A stretch of 64,000 bases of DNA from an uncultured Planctomycetales bacterium (GTDB taxonomy: Bacteria; Omnitrophota; Gorgyraeia; Zapsychrales; JAHFFX01): the NCBI GenBank assembly GCA_964372915.1, contig CAYJRN010000005.1:11329-75328 (forward strand). The letters run 5' to 3'. The translations under genes and the position numbers were made by a program. Positions 25,415 to 35,746 of the stretch are shown piece after piece. The notes under the pieces were generated by a model, which did no database searches, had not been told where the DNA came from, and saw only the letters and a list, made by a program, of their open reading frames with translations. How positions within the stretch are numbered: the stretch's first letter is position 1; each line of letters opens with the position of its first letter.

Positions 25415-26698
25415 TTAAACCAGCAAGCGATAAATCCCCAGATAAGAAAAGATACCGGCAAAATAGCCGACCAATGTCGGAAAGCTGATCTTTTTCAAAT
25501 ACCAAAAAAAATTGATTTTTTCCATGCCCATGACCACCACCCCGGCCGCCGAACCAATGATAAGAATGCTTCCCCCGGTGCCAACGCTATAGGCCAATAG
25601 TTCCCAAATCTTGGAATCCGTTGGGTAGGAACTTAAATCATACATCCCCATGGTTGCCGCGGTTAAAGGAACATTATCGATGATCGCGGAAAGTAACCCG
25701 AGGATCGTCGCGATGATGTCTTTATTTCGAAAATACTGATCCATGCCTAACGCTATACTTTTCAATATTCCCGCCGTTTCTAAGGCCGCGACCGCCAAAA
25801 GAATCCCCAAAAAAAACAAAATACTGGAAAAATCAATCTTGCGAAAAACATAGGGGACCTTTAGATGCTCCCGTTCTTCCCGGTGCATCAAATCCGTTAA
25901 CACCCAGATGGCCCCCAGTCCCGCTATCATCCCCATAAACGGAGGCAGATTCGTCATCGCGCGAAAGATGGGAACAAATATCAATGCCCCCACGCCCAAA
26001 CACAATATTCTCCGGGCGCCGGGCTCCGCGCGGATATTGTCCGAAACAAGGGTTTTGGATACCAATTCGCTCTTCATCAAAAAAGAAAAGTAAACGAGCG
26101 GAACAACCATGGATACCAAGCTGGGGATAAACAACGTTAGCATCATTCTGGTTGTCGAAAGCCTTTCTCCGATCCATAACATCGTGGTCGTGATATCGCC
26201 GATGGGGGACCAGGCCCCGCCGGCGTTGGCGGCGATAATAACCATACTGCTGAAAATGAGACGATCCTCGCGGTTATGGATCAGCCGGTGAAGGATCGAG
26301 ACCATCACAATGGCCGTCGTAAGATTATCCAGAACGGGTGAAAGAAAAAAAGTCAGAAAGGAAATCACCCAGAGCAATTTTCGCTTACTCTTGGTCCTGA
26401 TAAAATCCGTGATGATTCTAAAGCCGTTGTGCGAATCAATGAGCTGAACGATCGTCATGGCTCCCATCAGAAAGAGGACTATCTGGGCAATGCCTTGAAG
26501 ATGCTCGCCCAGGGCCGCGATGGTCTCTCTGGTGGGCACGCCGGGGATAACCTTAGAATATTCCTCTATCGTCAGCAGCACCCAACAGATAACCGCCATC
26601 AATAGAACTGTTGCCGTCTTGTTGATATGGATTTTATGCTCTGTCACAACGGCTAAATAGCCGACGATAAAAACAATAAGGATAAGAGTATTAGTCAT
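25415..26698 (-). CDS. NhaD/ArsB-superfamily ion transporter (Na+/H+ antiporter NhaD-like)
   Basis: 427 aa polytopic membrane protein with internally duplicated halves typical of ArsB/NhaD permeases. Confidence 0.6.
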   Translation of the reverse strand: MTNTLILIVFIVGYLAVVTEHKIHINKTATVLLMAVICWVLLTIEEYSKVIPGVPTRETIAALGEHLQGIAQIVLFLMGAMTIVQLIDSHNGFRIITDFIRTKSKRKLLWVISFLTFFLSPVLDNLTTAIVMVSILHRLIHNREDRLIFSSMVIIAANAGGAWSPIGDITTTMLWIGERLSTTRMMLTLFIPSLVSMVVPLVYFSFLMKSELVSKTLVSDNIRAEPGARRILCLGVGALIFVPIFRAMTNLPPFMGMIAGLGAIWVLTDLMHREEREHLKVPYVFRKIDFSSILFFLGILLAVAALETAGILKSIALGMDQYFRNKDIIATILGLLSAIIDNVPLTAATMGMYDLSSYPTDSKIWELLAYSVGTGGSILIIGSAAGVVVMGMEKINFFWYLKKISFPTLVGYFAGIFSYLGIYRLLV

Positions 26699-26775
26699 GT
26701 GTCGGTCGCCTTTCCCCGATATCGATCACCTCCTCTATTATCTGGTTTAAAAATGAAAAAGCCCAGTGTTAATTT

Positions 26776-27297
26776 TCATTTTTTATACCGCTTTATGCCG
26801 CAAAGGTTTTCTCCCGCTTGTGCGGCTAGCCGCGTGACTTCGACAGGCTCTCCTACCCTTAATACCCCCTCGCGCAATACCTTCGCGTAAAAACCGCACC
26901 GGCCAATGATCGCTTCTTTTAATCGGGGATGAATCGAATCCAAAACGTAACAGGGTTTTCTCTCTTTGGTTAATTCCAAGACTACGCCTCCGAAGAATTC
27001 CAAAACGGTGCCGACCGATAATTTTTGAACGTTTAAAGAACAGACCGTGAGATTTTCTCCGATAGTCCCAACCGCAAGCTTGAATCCTTCTCTATGAAGG
27101 GCCTCCAAAATCTCCCAATCCATAAGACAAACCGCCTGCAACGGATTGTTGTGCTTTTCGTGGTTGTGCCCGTCGCCTTCCAGGCCGTTAAAATGAACAC
27201 GAACGCTTAATTGCGGTAACTTCGGGATACCGCCGGAGGAAATACAAACGGAAGCAATACAAGGAAGCTTCTCTATATTATGGTAAGGTATGATCAT
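26776..27297 (-). CDS. MOSC domain protein (YiiM/YcbX-like)
   Basis: 173 aa; GENLTV...G motif and conserved C-terminal Cys (KPCYVL) of the MOSC beta-barrel. Confidence 0.7.
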   Translation of the reverse strand: MIIPYHNIEKLPCIASVCISSGGIPKLPQLSVRVHFNGLEGDGHNHEKHNNPLQAVCLMDWEILEALHREGFKLAVGTIGENLTVCSLNVQKLSVGTVLEFFGGVVLELTKERKPCYVLDSIHPRLKEAIIGRCGFYAKVLREGVLRVGEPVEVTRLAAQAGENLCGIKRYKK

Positions 27298-27306
27298 TTT
27301 TGAACC

Positions 27307-27558
27307 TCAACAACTCAACGACCTACTGACCTTTTCTTTACCAATAGCATTTATGGTAGTCAGTATATCGCCCCGGTTTTCCTTAATGTTCTTTTTAGAG
27401 GAAACTGGGGCTGTACCAGCTTCCTCTGATTCTTTTTTAAGGAAAGCTGGCACGACGTTTGTTTCCTTGAATTTCTTGCTATTGGTTGTACAAACGTCAA
27501 TAATAACCCAATGACTCCATAGACTCAATACGGCCGATGCGAAACGTTGGCGGCGCAT
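27307..27558 (-). CDS. hypothetical protein (low-confidence ORF)
   Basis: 83 aa, low-complexity; overlaps nasA start by 34 nt. Confidence 0.25.
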   Translation of the reverse strand: MRRQRFASAVLSLWSHWVIIDVCTTNSKKFKETNVVPAFLKKESEEAGTAPVSSKKNIKENRGDILTTINAIGKEKVSRSLSC

Positions 27559-29747
27559 ATTTTATACGAAGGCTGTCGCGAAAACGGGTCAAACGCCGGA
27601 AAAGTCAATTTGTTCGTTTCTTCATAATGCATCGGCATAAAGATCTGTCCGGGTTTGACCGTCATCACCGGCACGGCCCGCGCCTTCACCACAGCTCTTT
27701 TCGTTAAAACATACACCCATTCATTGTGCTGGATGTTGAGCCGCGCGGCGTCTTTGACGTTGATCTCAACGTAAACCTCCTGCGGATACATTTGCCGCAA
27801 CACCGCTGATTTTGCGGTGCGCGTCTGCGTATGCCATTGAGCCGAGGTACCACGACCCGTCAACAAACAAAAAGGATACGCGTCATCCGTCGGTTCGGGA
27901 ATGCTTCCGACCTCCGCGAAAATAAACCGGGCCTTGCCGTCGGGATGATAAAATTTCCCGTCCTCGAACAACCGTCGTTCGGTGAGGGGCGCCCCGCCAT
28001 GGCGGGGCGCCCCCGGCGTCGCCGCATTTTCTGGAAACGGCCACTGAATTCCACCCATCCGATCGATCATCGCGTAGTCTTCAATTCCTGTAATATCGCA
28101 GGGGGTTCCTTTCGAAATCTCTTTTAAAATCTGAAAAACCGCCTCCGGAGACGACCAGCGCTTCAGAAGCTCCTCGCATCCCCAATATTTCGCGATGAGT
28201 TTAAAAATGTAGAAATCCGCCAAGGCCGCTCCCGGCGCCTGTGCCACTTTCTTGAACAATCCGATCCGGCGTTCCGAATTGATGACCGTCCCGTCTTTCT
28301 CTCCCCAGCCGGCCGCCGGCAGAATAAGATCAGCCAGCTTCGCCATTTCCGTCGTATGATACATGTCCTGAACCACCAAAAAATCCAAATTGCCGATGAG
28401 GGCCCGAAAATCCCTTTGATTGATCCAGGAGTGCGCCGGATTCGTTGCGATAACCCACAGCCCTTTAATCTTATTCACCGGAATCTGCTCCAAGATTTGG
28501 TCGTACGCCAGGCTGTTTCGCGCGGGGATGAGCGTCTCCTCGATTCCCAAAATAGCAGCAATCTTTCGACGATGTTCGGCGTTCAAGAAGTCGTGTCCGC
28601 CCAAAAGATTCGTGGTATTGCTAAAAAGCCGAGAGCCCATCGCGTTGCATTGGCCGGTGATGGAGTTGGCGCCGGTCCCGGGGCGGCCGATATTGCCCGT
28701 CATCAAGGCGAGATTAATGAGGGCCTGGGCCGCGCGCGTGCCCTCATAGCTTTGATTAATGCCCATCGTCCACCAGAAGGAAACGCGTTTACCCTGATGG
28801 ATGGCCGCGGCGAATTCGTAAAGGTCGTCGGCGCTCAAACCCGTCGCCTCGCTCACGCGCTTAAGAGAAAATTCTTTGACGTGCTCTTTGAACTGATCGA
28901 AATCGCGCGCGTGCCTTTCGATGAATCCCTCATCGATCCAACCGTTTTGAATCAAAATGTGCGCGAGACCATAAAAAAGCGTCAGATCGCTTTTGGGTTT
29001 AAGCGCATAGTGCCTCGTCGCCGCCATCGCCGTCTCAGTTTTCCGAGGATCCACGACAATGATCTGCGGATTATGCCGATTCATACACACCCGCTGCCAC
29101 ATGATGGGGTGCGCGATGCAAGGATTGGCCCCCACAAAAACCAACACATCCGATTCCTCAAAATCTTTATATGTATAAGGCGGCGCGTCAAAACCAAACG
29201 ACTGTTTGTAAGCCACCGCAGCGGTGGCCATGCACTGGCGCGTATTGCTATCGGTGTGCACCATCCCCATGCCGAATTTGGCCAGGGCTCCCAGAAGCGC
29301 CATTTCTTCCGTGCAGAATTGACCGGTACTTAAAAACGCGACGCTTTCTTTTCCATACTTTGTTTGAATCTTTTTGAAGTTATCGACGAAAGCCTTTAAA
29401 GCCGTATCCCAATCGACGGGTGTGAGCCGTCCCGCGCGATCCCGCAGGCACGGGGTCGTTGCCCGGTCCGGCGCTTTCAGCGGCGTCAGGGCTTCCCATC
29501 CCTTGGGGCATGCCTCTCCCAGGTTCACCGGATAACCGCGCGCCGGCGTCAAGTTCACCGGCTGCTGATCTTTGATGTGCACTGTGAGGGCGCAGCCCGT
29601 CGAGCAATAGCCGCAGATCAAATCCGTGGTTTTATCCGGCATCAGACGCTTGGGCAGCTTGCCCAGCCCCAAGGCAGAGGCCCCCAGCGCCAACTCCCGG
29701 GTCAATGGACCGTTGGTTTGATAAAAGACACTGTTAATTTTTTTCAT
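27525..29747 (-). CDS. nasA: assimilatory nitrate reductase catalytic subunit (molybdopterin oxidoreductase, NasA/NarB type)
   Basis: 740 aa; N-terminal CGYCSTGC...C 4Fe-4S motif, no twin-arginine signal, [17 protein letters not shown] motif; sits in nirBD/narK cluster. Confidence 0.8.
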   Translation of the reverse strand: MKKINSVFYQTNGPLTRELALGASALGLGKLPKRLMPDKTTDLICGYCSTGCALTVHIKDQQPVNLTPARGYPVNLGEACPKGWEALTPLKAPDRATTPCLRDRAGRLTPVDWDTALKAFVDNFKKIQTKYGKESVAFLSTGQFCTEEMALLGALAKFGMGMVHTDSNTRQCMATAAVAYKQSFGFDAPPYTYKDFEESDVLVFVGANPCIAHPIMWQRVCMNRHNPQIIVVDPRKTETAMAATRHYALKPKSDLTLFYGLAHILIQNGWIDEGFIERHARDFDQFKEHVKEFSLKRVSEATGLSADDLYEFAAAIHQGKRVSFWWTMGINQSYEGTRAAQALINLALMTGNIGRPGTGANSITGQCNAMGSRLFSNTTNLLGGHDFLNAEHRRKIAAILGIEETLIPARNSLAYDQILEQIPVNKIKGLWVIATNPAHSWINQRDFRALIGNLDFLVVQDMYHTTEMAKLADLILPAAGWGEKDGTVINSERRIGLFKKVAQAPGAALADFYIFKLIAKYWGCEELLKRWSSPEAVFQILKEISKGTPCDITGIEDYAMIDRMGGIQWPFPENAATPGAPRHGGAPLTERRLFEDGKFYHPDGKARFIFAEVGSIPEPTDDAYPFCLLTGRGTSAQWHTQTRTAKSAVLRQMYPQEVYVEINVKDAARLNIQHNEWVYVLTKRAVVKARAVPVMTVKPGQIFMPMHYEETNKLTFPAFDPFSRQPSYKICAANVSHRPY

Positions 29748-29759
29748 ATTCTTACTTAT

Positions 29760-31454
29760 CTAATTTCCACCGGGCATTTTGAGAGGGACCACGGCCCTAA
29801 AAAACAAATATCGCTCGGCGAGCTCTCCCAAAAAGGAAAAAAGAAAGATGCCGACCGCTAACAATAAACCGACTCCGGCGCTCATGGGCCCGGTGAGGGC
29901 TAAAAACAGAATCGGAAAAATAATACCGCCTAAAGCCCCATACATCAAACGTTGCGCCGCTGCGTTCTTTAACACGCCCGTCATCAAAAGAGCGGTTTTT
30001 TTAAGCGAGGTCAATTCTCGATCTCTTAAATGGAAAAAAATGATTGTTTCAAAAACGAGCTTAACGATCGTCATCATCACTAAAGCCGCGCAAAGATTTT
30101 TCCCGTATTCCTTGTGAAAAAAATAAACGCTGCCCTGCGAAGAAAACGTAAGCAACACCATCGTCGTCACAAGAATCGTGGCGATCCCTAAAATCGCGGC
30201 GGTCAGAAAAAATTTGATCGCCGTTAAAGGGCCGCTCCAAAAAGGCCGGTGGGTGTCTTTATAAACCATCACCGAACAAAAAACACCCAAAATCCCCGTG
30301 GCCGCCGCTGTAAACGCCAATAATAGAGAAGAGCCGTTGCTTCCGAAATCCGGGATGCCATGGAAAGCATAAATAGCTGAGAAGACGGCGAACGCGCCAA
30401 ACGCGACAATCTCCCGGCTTAACCACGATCTTTTAAGGCCCAACACCGCGCGAAACGCGTACAACGGCCGCCCCAGATGAAAAACACTCGCCCCCATCGC
30501 GAGCACGCCCGTGCCCAATGCCACAAAAACCTGATACGTCGCCAATGTCCCCGAAAAATAATCCGCCGCGGTATTTTGAAGCCACAACACCGCTATAAAC
30601 GCACCGGCCGACAATTGTGTAAAAATAAGCATCAGGATCAGCGGCCAATGGGAATGTTGGGCTTTAAGCCCCAAAAAATCCATGGAAATCATGTCGGCCG
30701 GCAGTTCTTTCGCGCTCACGTAGCGGGTCGTCGGCAAAGTATAGCGGGAGTCGGGCGCCTCGGGAATTCGCACAAAGTCTTGAGGATTCTTTTTAACGGA
30801 CGCAGTTTCCACTAAACTGATTCGAATGGCGCCGCTCGGACAGGCACGCACGCACGCGGGTGGCTGTCCCACCTCCAAACGACTAATGCACATATCGCAC
30901 TTGTGCACGATACCTTTTTTCTTGTTGTATTTGGGAACATCGTAGGGACAGGTGAATATGCAATACTGACAACCAATGCACTGATCCTCGAGGTGTTTGA
31001 CGATCCCTGTCGCTGCATCTTTCTCATAAGCATTCACGGGACAACCCTTGAGGCACCCCGGCTCCAAACAGTGATGACAGGCGCTGGTGACATGCTGCAG
31101 CGCGATCCCCTCTTGGGACACTCCCCTCAAAAGCCCCACCGAGCGCCAGGTTTCGTCTTCCTCTAAACCATTCTCGTTGTGACAGGCCGTGACACAGGCC
31201 TTACAGCCAGTGCACCGGTCAAGATCGACGGTAAAAGCGTACTGCTGGCCGGGCCCAGGCGTGCTCTTTGGAATTAATTCTTCATACAGACACTCTCCCG
31301 GTGGCAATTGTCTCAAGTCGTGCTGAAGAGTGAACTTCTCGACGGCCGTCAGGGCTTGCTGATCCTCCAGGTAGGTATCAATAATATTTTGCGCCATCGT
31401 GACAAATTCCCTCAAATGGGCTAAACGGCTTGCCAGTTGATCTCTCGGGCCCAC
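29760..31454 (-). CDS. fused 4Fe-4S ferredoxin (DmsB/NrfC-like, four Cys clusters) and polytopic membrane anchor (NrfD/DmsC-like)
   Basis: 564 aa; CTGCKACVTAC, CHHCLEPGC, CIGCQYCIFTC and CDMC...C motifs, followed by about 8 predicted TM helices. The annotated start overlaps the narK end; an alternative start at M20 is 31397. Confidence 0.65.
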   Translation of the reverse strand: MGPRDQLASRLAHLREFVTMAQNIIDTYLEDQQALTAVEKFTLQHDLRQLPPGECLYEELIPKSTPGPGQQYAFTVDLDRCTGCKACVTACHNENGLEEDETWRSVGLLRGVSQEGIALQHVTSACHHCLEPGCLKGCPVNAYEKDAATGIVKHLEDQCIGCQYCIFTCPYDVPKYNKKKGIVHKCDMCISRLEVGQPPACVRACPSGAIRISLVETASVKKNPQDFVRIPEAPDSRYTLPTTRYVSAKELPADMISMDFLGLKAQHSHWPLILMLIFTQLSAGAFIAVLWLQNTAADYFSGTLATYQVFVALGTGVLAMGASVFHLGRPLYAFRAVLGLKRSWLSREIVAFGAFAVFSAIYAFHGIPDFGSNGSSLLLAFTAAATGILGVFCSVMVYKDTHRPFWSGPLTAIKFFLTAAILGIATILVTTMVLLTFSSQGSVYFFHKEYGKNLCAALVMMTIVKLVFETIIFFHLRDRELTSLKKTALLMTGVLKNAAAQRLMYGALGGIIFPILFLALTGPMSAGVGLLLAVGIFLFSFLGELAERYLFFRAVVPLKMPGGN

Positions 31455-32755
31455 GCCGATTCTATTTCTGTTTCACTTTCTTTCTCATCTTCCAAAGAAA
31501 ATCTCACCAGAAAACAACACAACGAGGAACAAACGACCAACATCCCCAGAAATAACAGGGCCGTCGAATAGGTCAATGTTTCCGCTCGGAAAAGAAAGCC
31601 GAATAAAACACCACCCGCATTGCCTCCGGCGCCAATAATGCCAGCCACGGCTCCTAAGGCCTTTTTGTTAATAAAGGGAACGACCGCGTACGTCGCACCG
31701 TTGGCCATCTTGATAAAAAGCGCGAAGAGAATCATGGAAGCGATGGCCCAGAACAAAATTTTCGCGCACGAAAAAAGCATAAGGGCCAATCCGCCCATCA
31801 ATAGCATGCTTCCCAAATACAGAACCCTTCCCTTGAGTCCCACTCGACGGGCAAAGTGATCAGAAAAAATTCCGCCCAAAGCCCGGGCAAAAAGATTCAT
31901 TGCGCCAAAAAGACCGGCAACTAACCCCGCTTGAGTCATCGGTAAAGCGAACTGATCGGTAAAATACAACGCGGCAATATTATTAATCGTAAGCTCCACG
32001 CCAAAGCTGGCGGCATACATCACAAATAACGCCCAGACACGGTAATCCGTAAGCGCCGCCTTGAACGCCCCATTGACTTGTTTTTTAGGCAAGATTTTCC
32101 CTTGTTCCTGCAAGATATTAAGATTTCCTTCCGGGAAATCTTGGGTAAAAAAATAATATAAAACTCCCATGACCAAAAGTGCCGCGCCCGGAACAATCAT
32201 ACTTAAACGCCAGCTGAGAGATGAACTGAGACCAAAACTCAAGAACACCGACAAGATAAGAGGCATCACCATTTGAGTGATTCCGCCTCCGAGATTTCCC
32301 CATCCAGCCGTTGTTGCATTGGCTGTACCGACGCAATTGGAATTGAACATGACGGACGTGTGATATTGCGTGATCACAAAAGAAGCACCAATAGCACCTA
32401 TCGCCAGACGAAATAAGAGGAAGGATCCGTAATGATGCGCAAGGCCAATTCCCATAATCGGCAAAGATCCGAAAACCATCAAAATTGAATAAACCCGACG
32501 TGGGCCGATGCGATCGCACAACCATCCGATGATGAGCCGCACAAGAACCGTGATGGCCACCGAGGCGATCATCGTATTGCCGATTTGTTCCTTGGTGAGT
32601 CCCAGATCTTGGCGCACCAAAGGCATCAGTGGAGCAACGGCAAACCATCCGAAGAAACACAAAAAAAACGCCATCCATGTCATATGAAACGTTCTCATCG
32701 GGACAGTATTAAAATCCAAAAGATGAATACGGCTCGCTTTATACGATCTCATCAT
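31421..32755 (-). CDS. narK: nitrate/nitrite transporter (MFS, NNP family)
   Basis: 444 aa; 12 TM MFS with NNP signature motifs; context. Confidence 0.85.
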   Translation of the reverse strand: MMRSYKASRIHLLDFNTVPMRTFHMTWMAFFLCFFGWFAVAPLMPLVRQDLGLTKEQIGNTMIASVAITVLVRLIIGWLCDRIGPRRVYSILMVFGSLPIMGIGLAHHYGSFLLFRLAIGAIGASFVITQYHTSVMFNSNCVGTANATTAGWGNLGGGITQMVMPLILSVFLSFGLSSSLSWRLSMIVPGAALLVMGVLYYFFTQDFPEGNLNILQEQGKILPKKQVNGAFKAALTDYRVWALFVMYAASFGVELTINNIAALYFTDQFALPMTQAGLVAGLFGAMNLFARALGGIFSDHFARRVGLKGRVLYLGSMLLMGGLALMLFSCAKILFWAIASMILFALFIKMANGATYAVVPFINKKALGAVAGIIGAGGNAGGVLFGFLFRAETLTYSTALLFLGMLVVCSSLCCFLVRFSLEDEKESETEIESAWAREINWQAV

Positions 32756-32765
32756 TCTCTCCTTA

Positions 32766-33116
32766 TCAGACAGCGCATGCCGGTGTTGGGATCTTGGAGA
32801 GGGCTTCCCATTTCAGGAAGATCTCTCCGTGTTCTTCCCACGCCTTGAATGTTTTCACGCATTCCTGCGGCTCGACGCCTTTGCCGGTCGCAAGGTCGAA
32901 CTTATGCCCATGCAACGGACAAATAACTTTCCCGTCGCCGATGACTCCCTCCGAAAGCGGCCCCTTACGGTGCGGGCATTGATTTTCCAAAGCAAAAATC
33001 CCGCCGCTACGGGTACGAAAAACCGCGACTTCTTCTCCCTGGACCACGAAGCAACGGCCTTGCCCGATAGGAATTTGATTGACCTCTCCTAAATTTGCCA
33101 TCATCCGTTTATCCAT
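32766..33116 (-). CDS. nirD: nitrite reductase small subunit (Rieske-type)
   Basis: Rieske motif CPHRKGPL...CPLHGHKF. The 175-aa ORF carries an implausible N-extension; the likely start is M60 or M65, 14-29 nt after the nirB stop. Confidence 0.8.
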   Translation of the reverse strand: MDKRMMANLGEVNQIPIGQGRCFVVQGEEVAVFRTRSGGIFALENQCPHRKGPLSEGVIGDGKVICPLHGHKFDLATGKGVEPQECVKTFKAWEEHGEIFLKWEALSKIPTPACAV

Positions 33117-33129
33117 AGATTTCTTCTTC

Positions 33130-35637
33130 CTACCCATTGTTTTCCGCTTCCTGAAGAACCTCGATGAGCTTGGGCCCGTCGAACTGTCCTGTGTAGGCTG
33201 GAATCTCCGCCTCTTTCCAGGGATCTTTATAGGCTGACACCGCTTCTTCAATGCGCTCGTCGAGTTGGGCGCAAATTCCGAGAGCATCATCAATCAAGAC
33301 GCTTTTTAAAACATCGATTCCGATCCGGGCGACGAATCCATACGTTCTCTCTAAATATTTCGCATGTTCGCGATAATACTGAATAAATCGGCCGATAAAT
33401 TTCAGCACGGCCTCGTGACTGTCGACCGTGCACAGAAGATCGCCCTTTCTCACCGTGCTGCCGGCCGCGCCGCCGACATAAATCTCCCAGCTTCCCCCTT
33501 CGATCGCAACCGCCCCGACGTCCTTGACGTAGGCCTCCGAACAATTCCGCGGGCAGCCGGCGGTTGCAAGTTTCATCTTATGCGGGGACTCGACACCCTG
33601 AAAACGGTATTCGATCTTTTGCGCGAGGCTGATGGAATCTCCGACGCCATAACGGCAAAAGTCCGTTCCCACGCAACTTTTGCAGGTCCGGAAGGCCTTG
33701 GTATACGCATGACCGCTGGGCATCTTTAAATCTTTCCAAATGCCGGGGAGGTCTTCCTTTTTAACCCCCAAAAGATCGATGCGCTGGCCGCCGGTGATTT
33801 TAACCATCTTGACTTTGTATTTAACCGCCGCCGCGGCAATACGCATCAACTCCTCTGGTGTTGTGACACCACCGAAAATCCGCGGCACCACGGAAAATGT
33901 CCCGTCTCTTTGGATATTGGCGTGCACGCGGTCGTTGATGAACCGCGCGTCGCGTTCGTCTTCGTATTCGCGCGGCCAAATAGTTTTCAAAAGCGAAGCT
34001 AATCCAACCTTGCTGTCGGCATCCTCCTTGCCGCCGATCAGTTCCCGGAAAACCGCGCTCACGGAAATGAGTCTTCGGTTCCTAATCTCAGCGACCAGTT
34101 GTGATTTTTCCAACGGAACGCCCGGCACATAATAATGTTCGCTCGCATCGTAGGACACCTGACCTAAGCAATCTTCAAGGAGCTGCGCAATCAACCCGCG
34201 GCACGAGCCGCAGCCTTTACCGGCTTTGGTTTTGGTGCCGACGGAGGCCACGGTTTTGCACCCCTCGTTGATCGCGTCACTGATCGTTTTTTTACACACG
34301 CCGTTGCAATTGCAAATCTGCGCGTGGTCAGGAAGATCGGCGACTTTAATCATGGATGTCCCGGTCACGGACCCAAAAAGGAGTTCCGAGCGATTTTCCG
34401 GAACTTTTTGTTCCTGCATAAACAAACGCGTAAGACTGTCGGCAAATTCGGTATCACCGAGCAAGATAGCGCCGTGGATTTTTTCCCGACGAATAATGAG
34501 CTTTTTGTAAATACCCCGATTGGGTTCGCGATAAACGACCACTTCGTCATCGGGCTCGTTCGGTTCTTTTTCTCCTAACGAAACCAGTTCAACCCCCATG
34601 ACTTTCAGTTTCGTACCCGTCTTCGATCCTATATACGCGGCCTCTGGACGACTTTCCGTAATAACATCCGCGAGCGCCCGGGCCTGTTCCCAAATCGGTT
34701 CGACCAAACCGTACAATTTACCGCGATGCTCAATACATTCTCCGAGCGCGAAAATGTTTGGGTCGTTCGTTCTCATCTGATCGTCGCACACAATCCCTTT
34801 GTTCACTATGAGCCCTGAACTGGCCGCGACTTCCGTGATGGGACGAATCCCGGCGCTCACCACCACCATGTCCGTTGCCAAAAAGGAACCATCCGCGAAT
34901 TGGAGCGAAACAATCCTGCCGCCTTCACCTAAAATACGGGCAGTCTTGGCATTAGTCAAAACCCGAATACCCATCGCCTCCATGGTTCTTCTTAAGATTT
35001 GGCCAGCCTCCTGATCGAGCTGAGCGGACATTAATTGCGGAACAGCTTCAATCACGGTCACCTCAACGTTGTGGGTGAGAAGCCCGCGCGCGGCTTCCAG
35101 CCCCAGCAATCCTCCGCCGATCACCGCCGCCTTGCGGCAGCTTTTCGCATACTCGGCGATTCGGCGACAATCATCCAGCGTGCGGAACAAAAACGTTCCC
35201 GCTTGACCGAAGCCTTCCATAGGAGGCACAAAAGGACGCGAACCCGTGGCGATGATGACATAATCATAGGATTCAGCGATTTCTTCCTGCCCGGACAAAA
35301 TCTCATCGTTATTCGCGTAAGCCACGTCTTCCCGGGAAAGACCTCTGCCGATAACGACCTTTCTCCCGCGATCAATCTTGATTGCCTTCATGCCCGTATG
35401 CAAAACGATATTCTTCTCACGGTACCAGTTTAAAGGGTTAATGAAAATCTCGGTGGGTTCCTGGGTCTGATTAAGAATATTGCTAAGCAGGATGCGATTA
35501 TAATTCCCGTGGGGTTCGGCCCCGAACATCACGATGTCGAACTTGTTCGGCGCGCATTTTAAGATCTCCTCCACCACGCGCGCGCCCGCCATGCCATTTC
35601 CGATCACAACCAGCTTTTTCTTGATCACATTGATCAT
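33130..35637 (-). CDS. nirB: NAD(P)H-nitrite reductase large subunit
   Basis: 835 aa; N-terminal FAD/NAD Rossmann VVIGNGMAG, BFD-like 2Fe-2S, sirohaem/4Fe-4S C-terminal domain. Confidence 0.92.
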   Translation of the reverse strand: MINVIKKKLVVIGNGMAGARVVEEILKCAPNKFDIVMFGAEPHGNYNRILLSNILNQTQEPTEIFINPLNWYREKNIVLHTGMKAIKIDRGRKVVIGRGLSREDVAYANNDEILSGQEEIAESYDYVIIATGSRPFVPPMEGFGQAGTFLFRTLDDCRRIAEYAKSCRKAAVIGGGLLGLEAARGLLTHNVEVTVIEAVPQLMSAQLDQEAGQILRRTMEAMGIRVLTNAKTARILGEGGRIVSLQFADGSFLATDMVVVSAGIRPITEVAASSGLIVNKGIVCDDQMRTNDPNIFALGECIEHRGKLYGLVEPIWEQARALADVITESRPEAAYIGSKTGTKLKVMGVELVSLGEKEPNEPDDEVVVYREPNRGIYKKLIIRREKIHGAILLGDTEFADSLTRLFMQEQKVPENRSELLFGSVTGTSMIKVADLPDHAQICNCNGVCKKTISDAINEGCKTVASVGTKTKAGKGCGSCRGLIAQLLEDCLGQVSYDASEHYYVPGVPLEKSQLVAEIRNRRLISVSAVFRELIGGKEDADSKVGLASLLKTIWPREYEDERDARFINDRVHANIQRDGTFSVVPRIFGGVTTPEELMRIAAAAVKYKVKMVKITGGQRIDLLGVKKEDLPGIWKDLKMPSGHAYTKAFRTCKSCVGTDFCRYGVGDSISLAQKIEYRFQGVESPHKMKLATAGCPRNCSEAYVKDVGAVAIEGGSWEIYVGGAAGSTVRKGDLLCTVDSHEAVLKFIGRFIQYYREHAKYLERTYGFVARIGIDVLKSVLIDDALGICAQLDERIEEAVSAYKDPWKEAEIPAYTGQFDGPKLIEVLQEAENNG

Positions 35638-35699
35638 CCTGTCTCCTTTTCCAAAATTTTTTCATTGGGTTTCATTCTCTTGGCTCCTTTTTTGGAAAA

Positions 35700-35746
35700 T
35701 CCAAAAAAATAAAAACCCAGTCCGCCAAAAATTGTGGCGGACTGGG
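35700..35746 (-). terminator. intrinsic terminator inside the nirB operon leader (candidate ANTAR-controlled attenuator)
   Basis: Minus-strand perfect 11-bp stem CCCAGUCCGCC/GGCGGACUGGG with 9-nt loop, followed by UUUUUAUUUUUUU; 60-110 nt upstream of nirB ATG. Confidence 0.75.

Noticed and set aside
25270-25461. 63-aa minus-strand ORF in the amtB upstream region
   Set aside because: Spans the GC palindromes and REP-like element; translation is Pro/Gly-rich from GC repeats; no RBS.
28356-29333. 325-aa plus-strand ORF; the 262-aa ORF at 12936-13724 is the same kind
   Set aside because: Antisense to nasA and to gltB respectively; Arg/His-rich translation typical of GC-rich antisense frames.
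32766-33293. Full 175-aa extent of the nirD ORF
   Set aside because: The N-terminal 60 residues are Arg/Lys/Ser-rich and overlap the nirB 3' end in another frame; the Rieske domain starts at M60-M65, giving a normal about 115-aa NirD.
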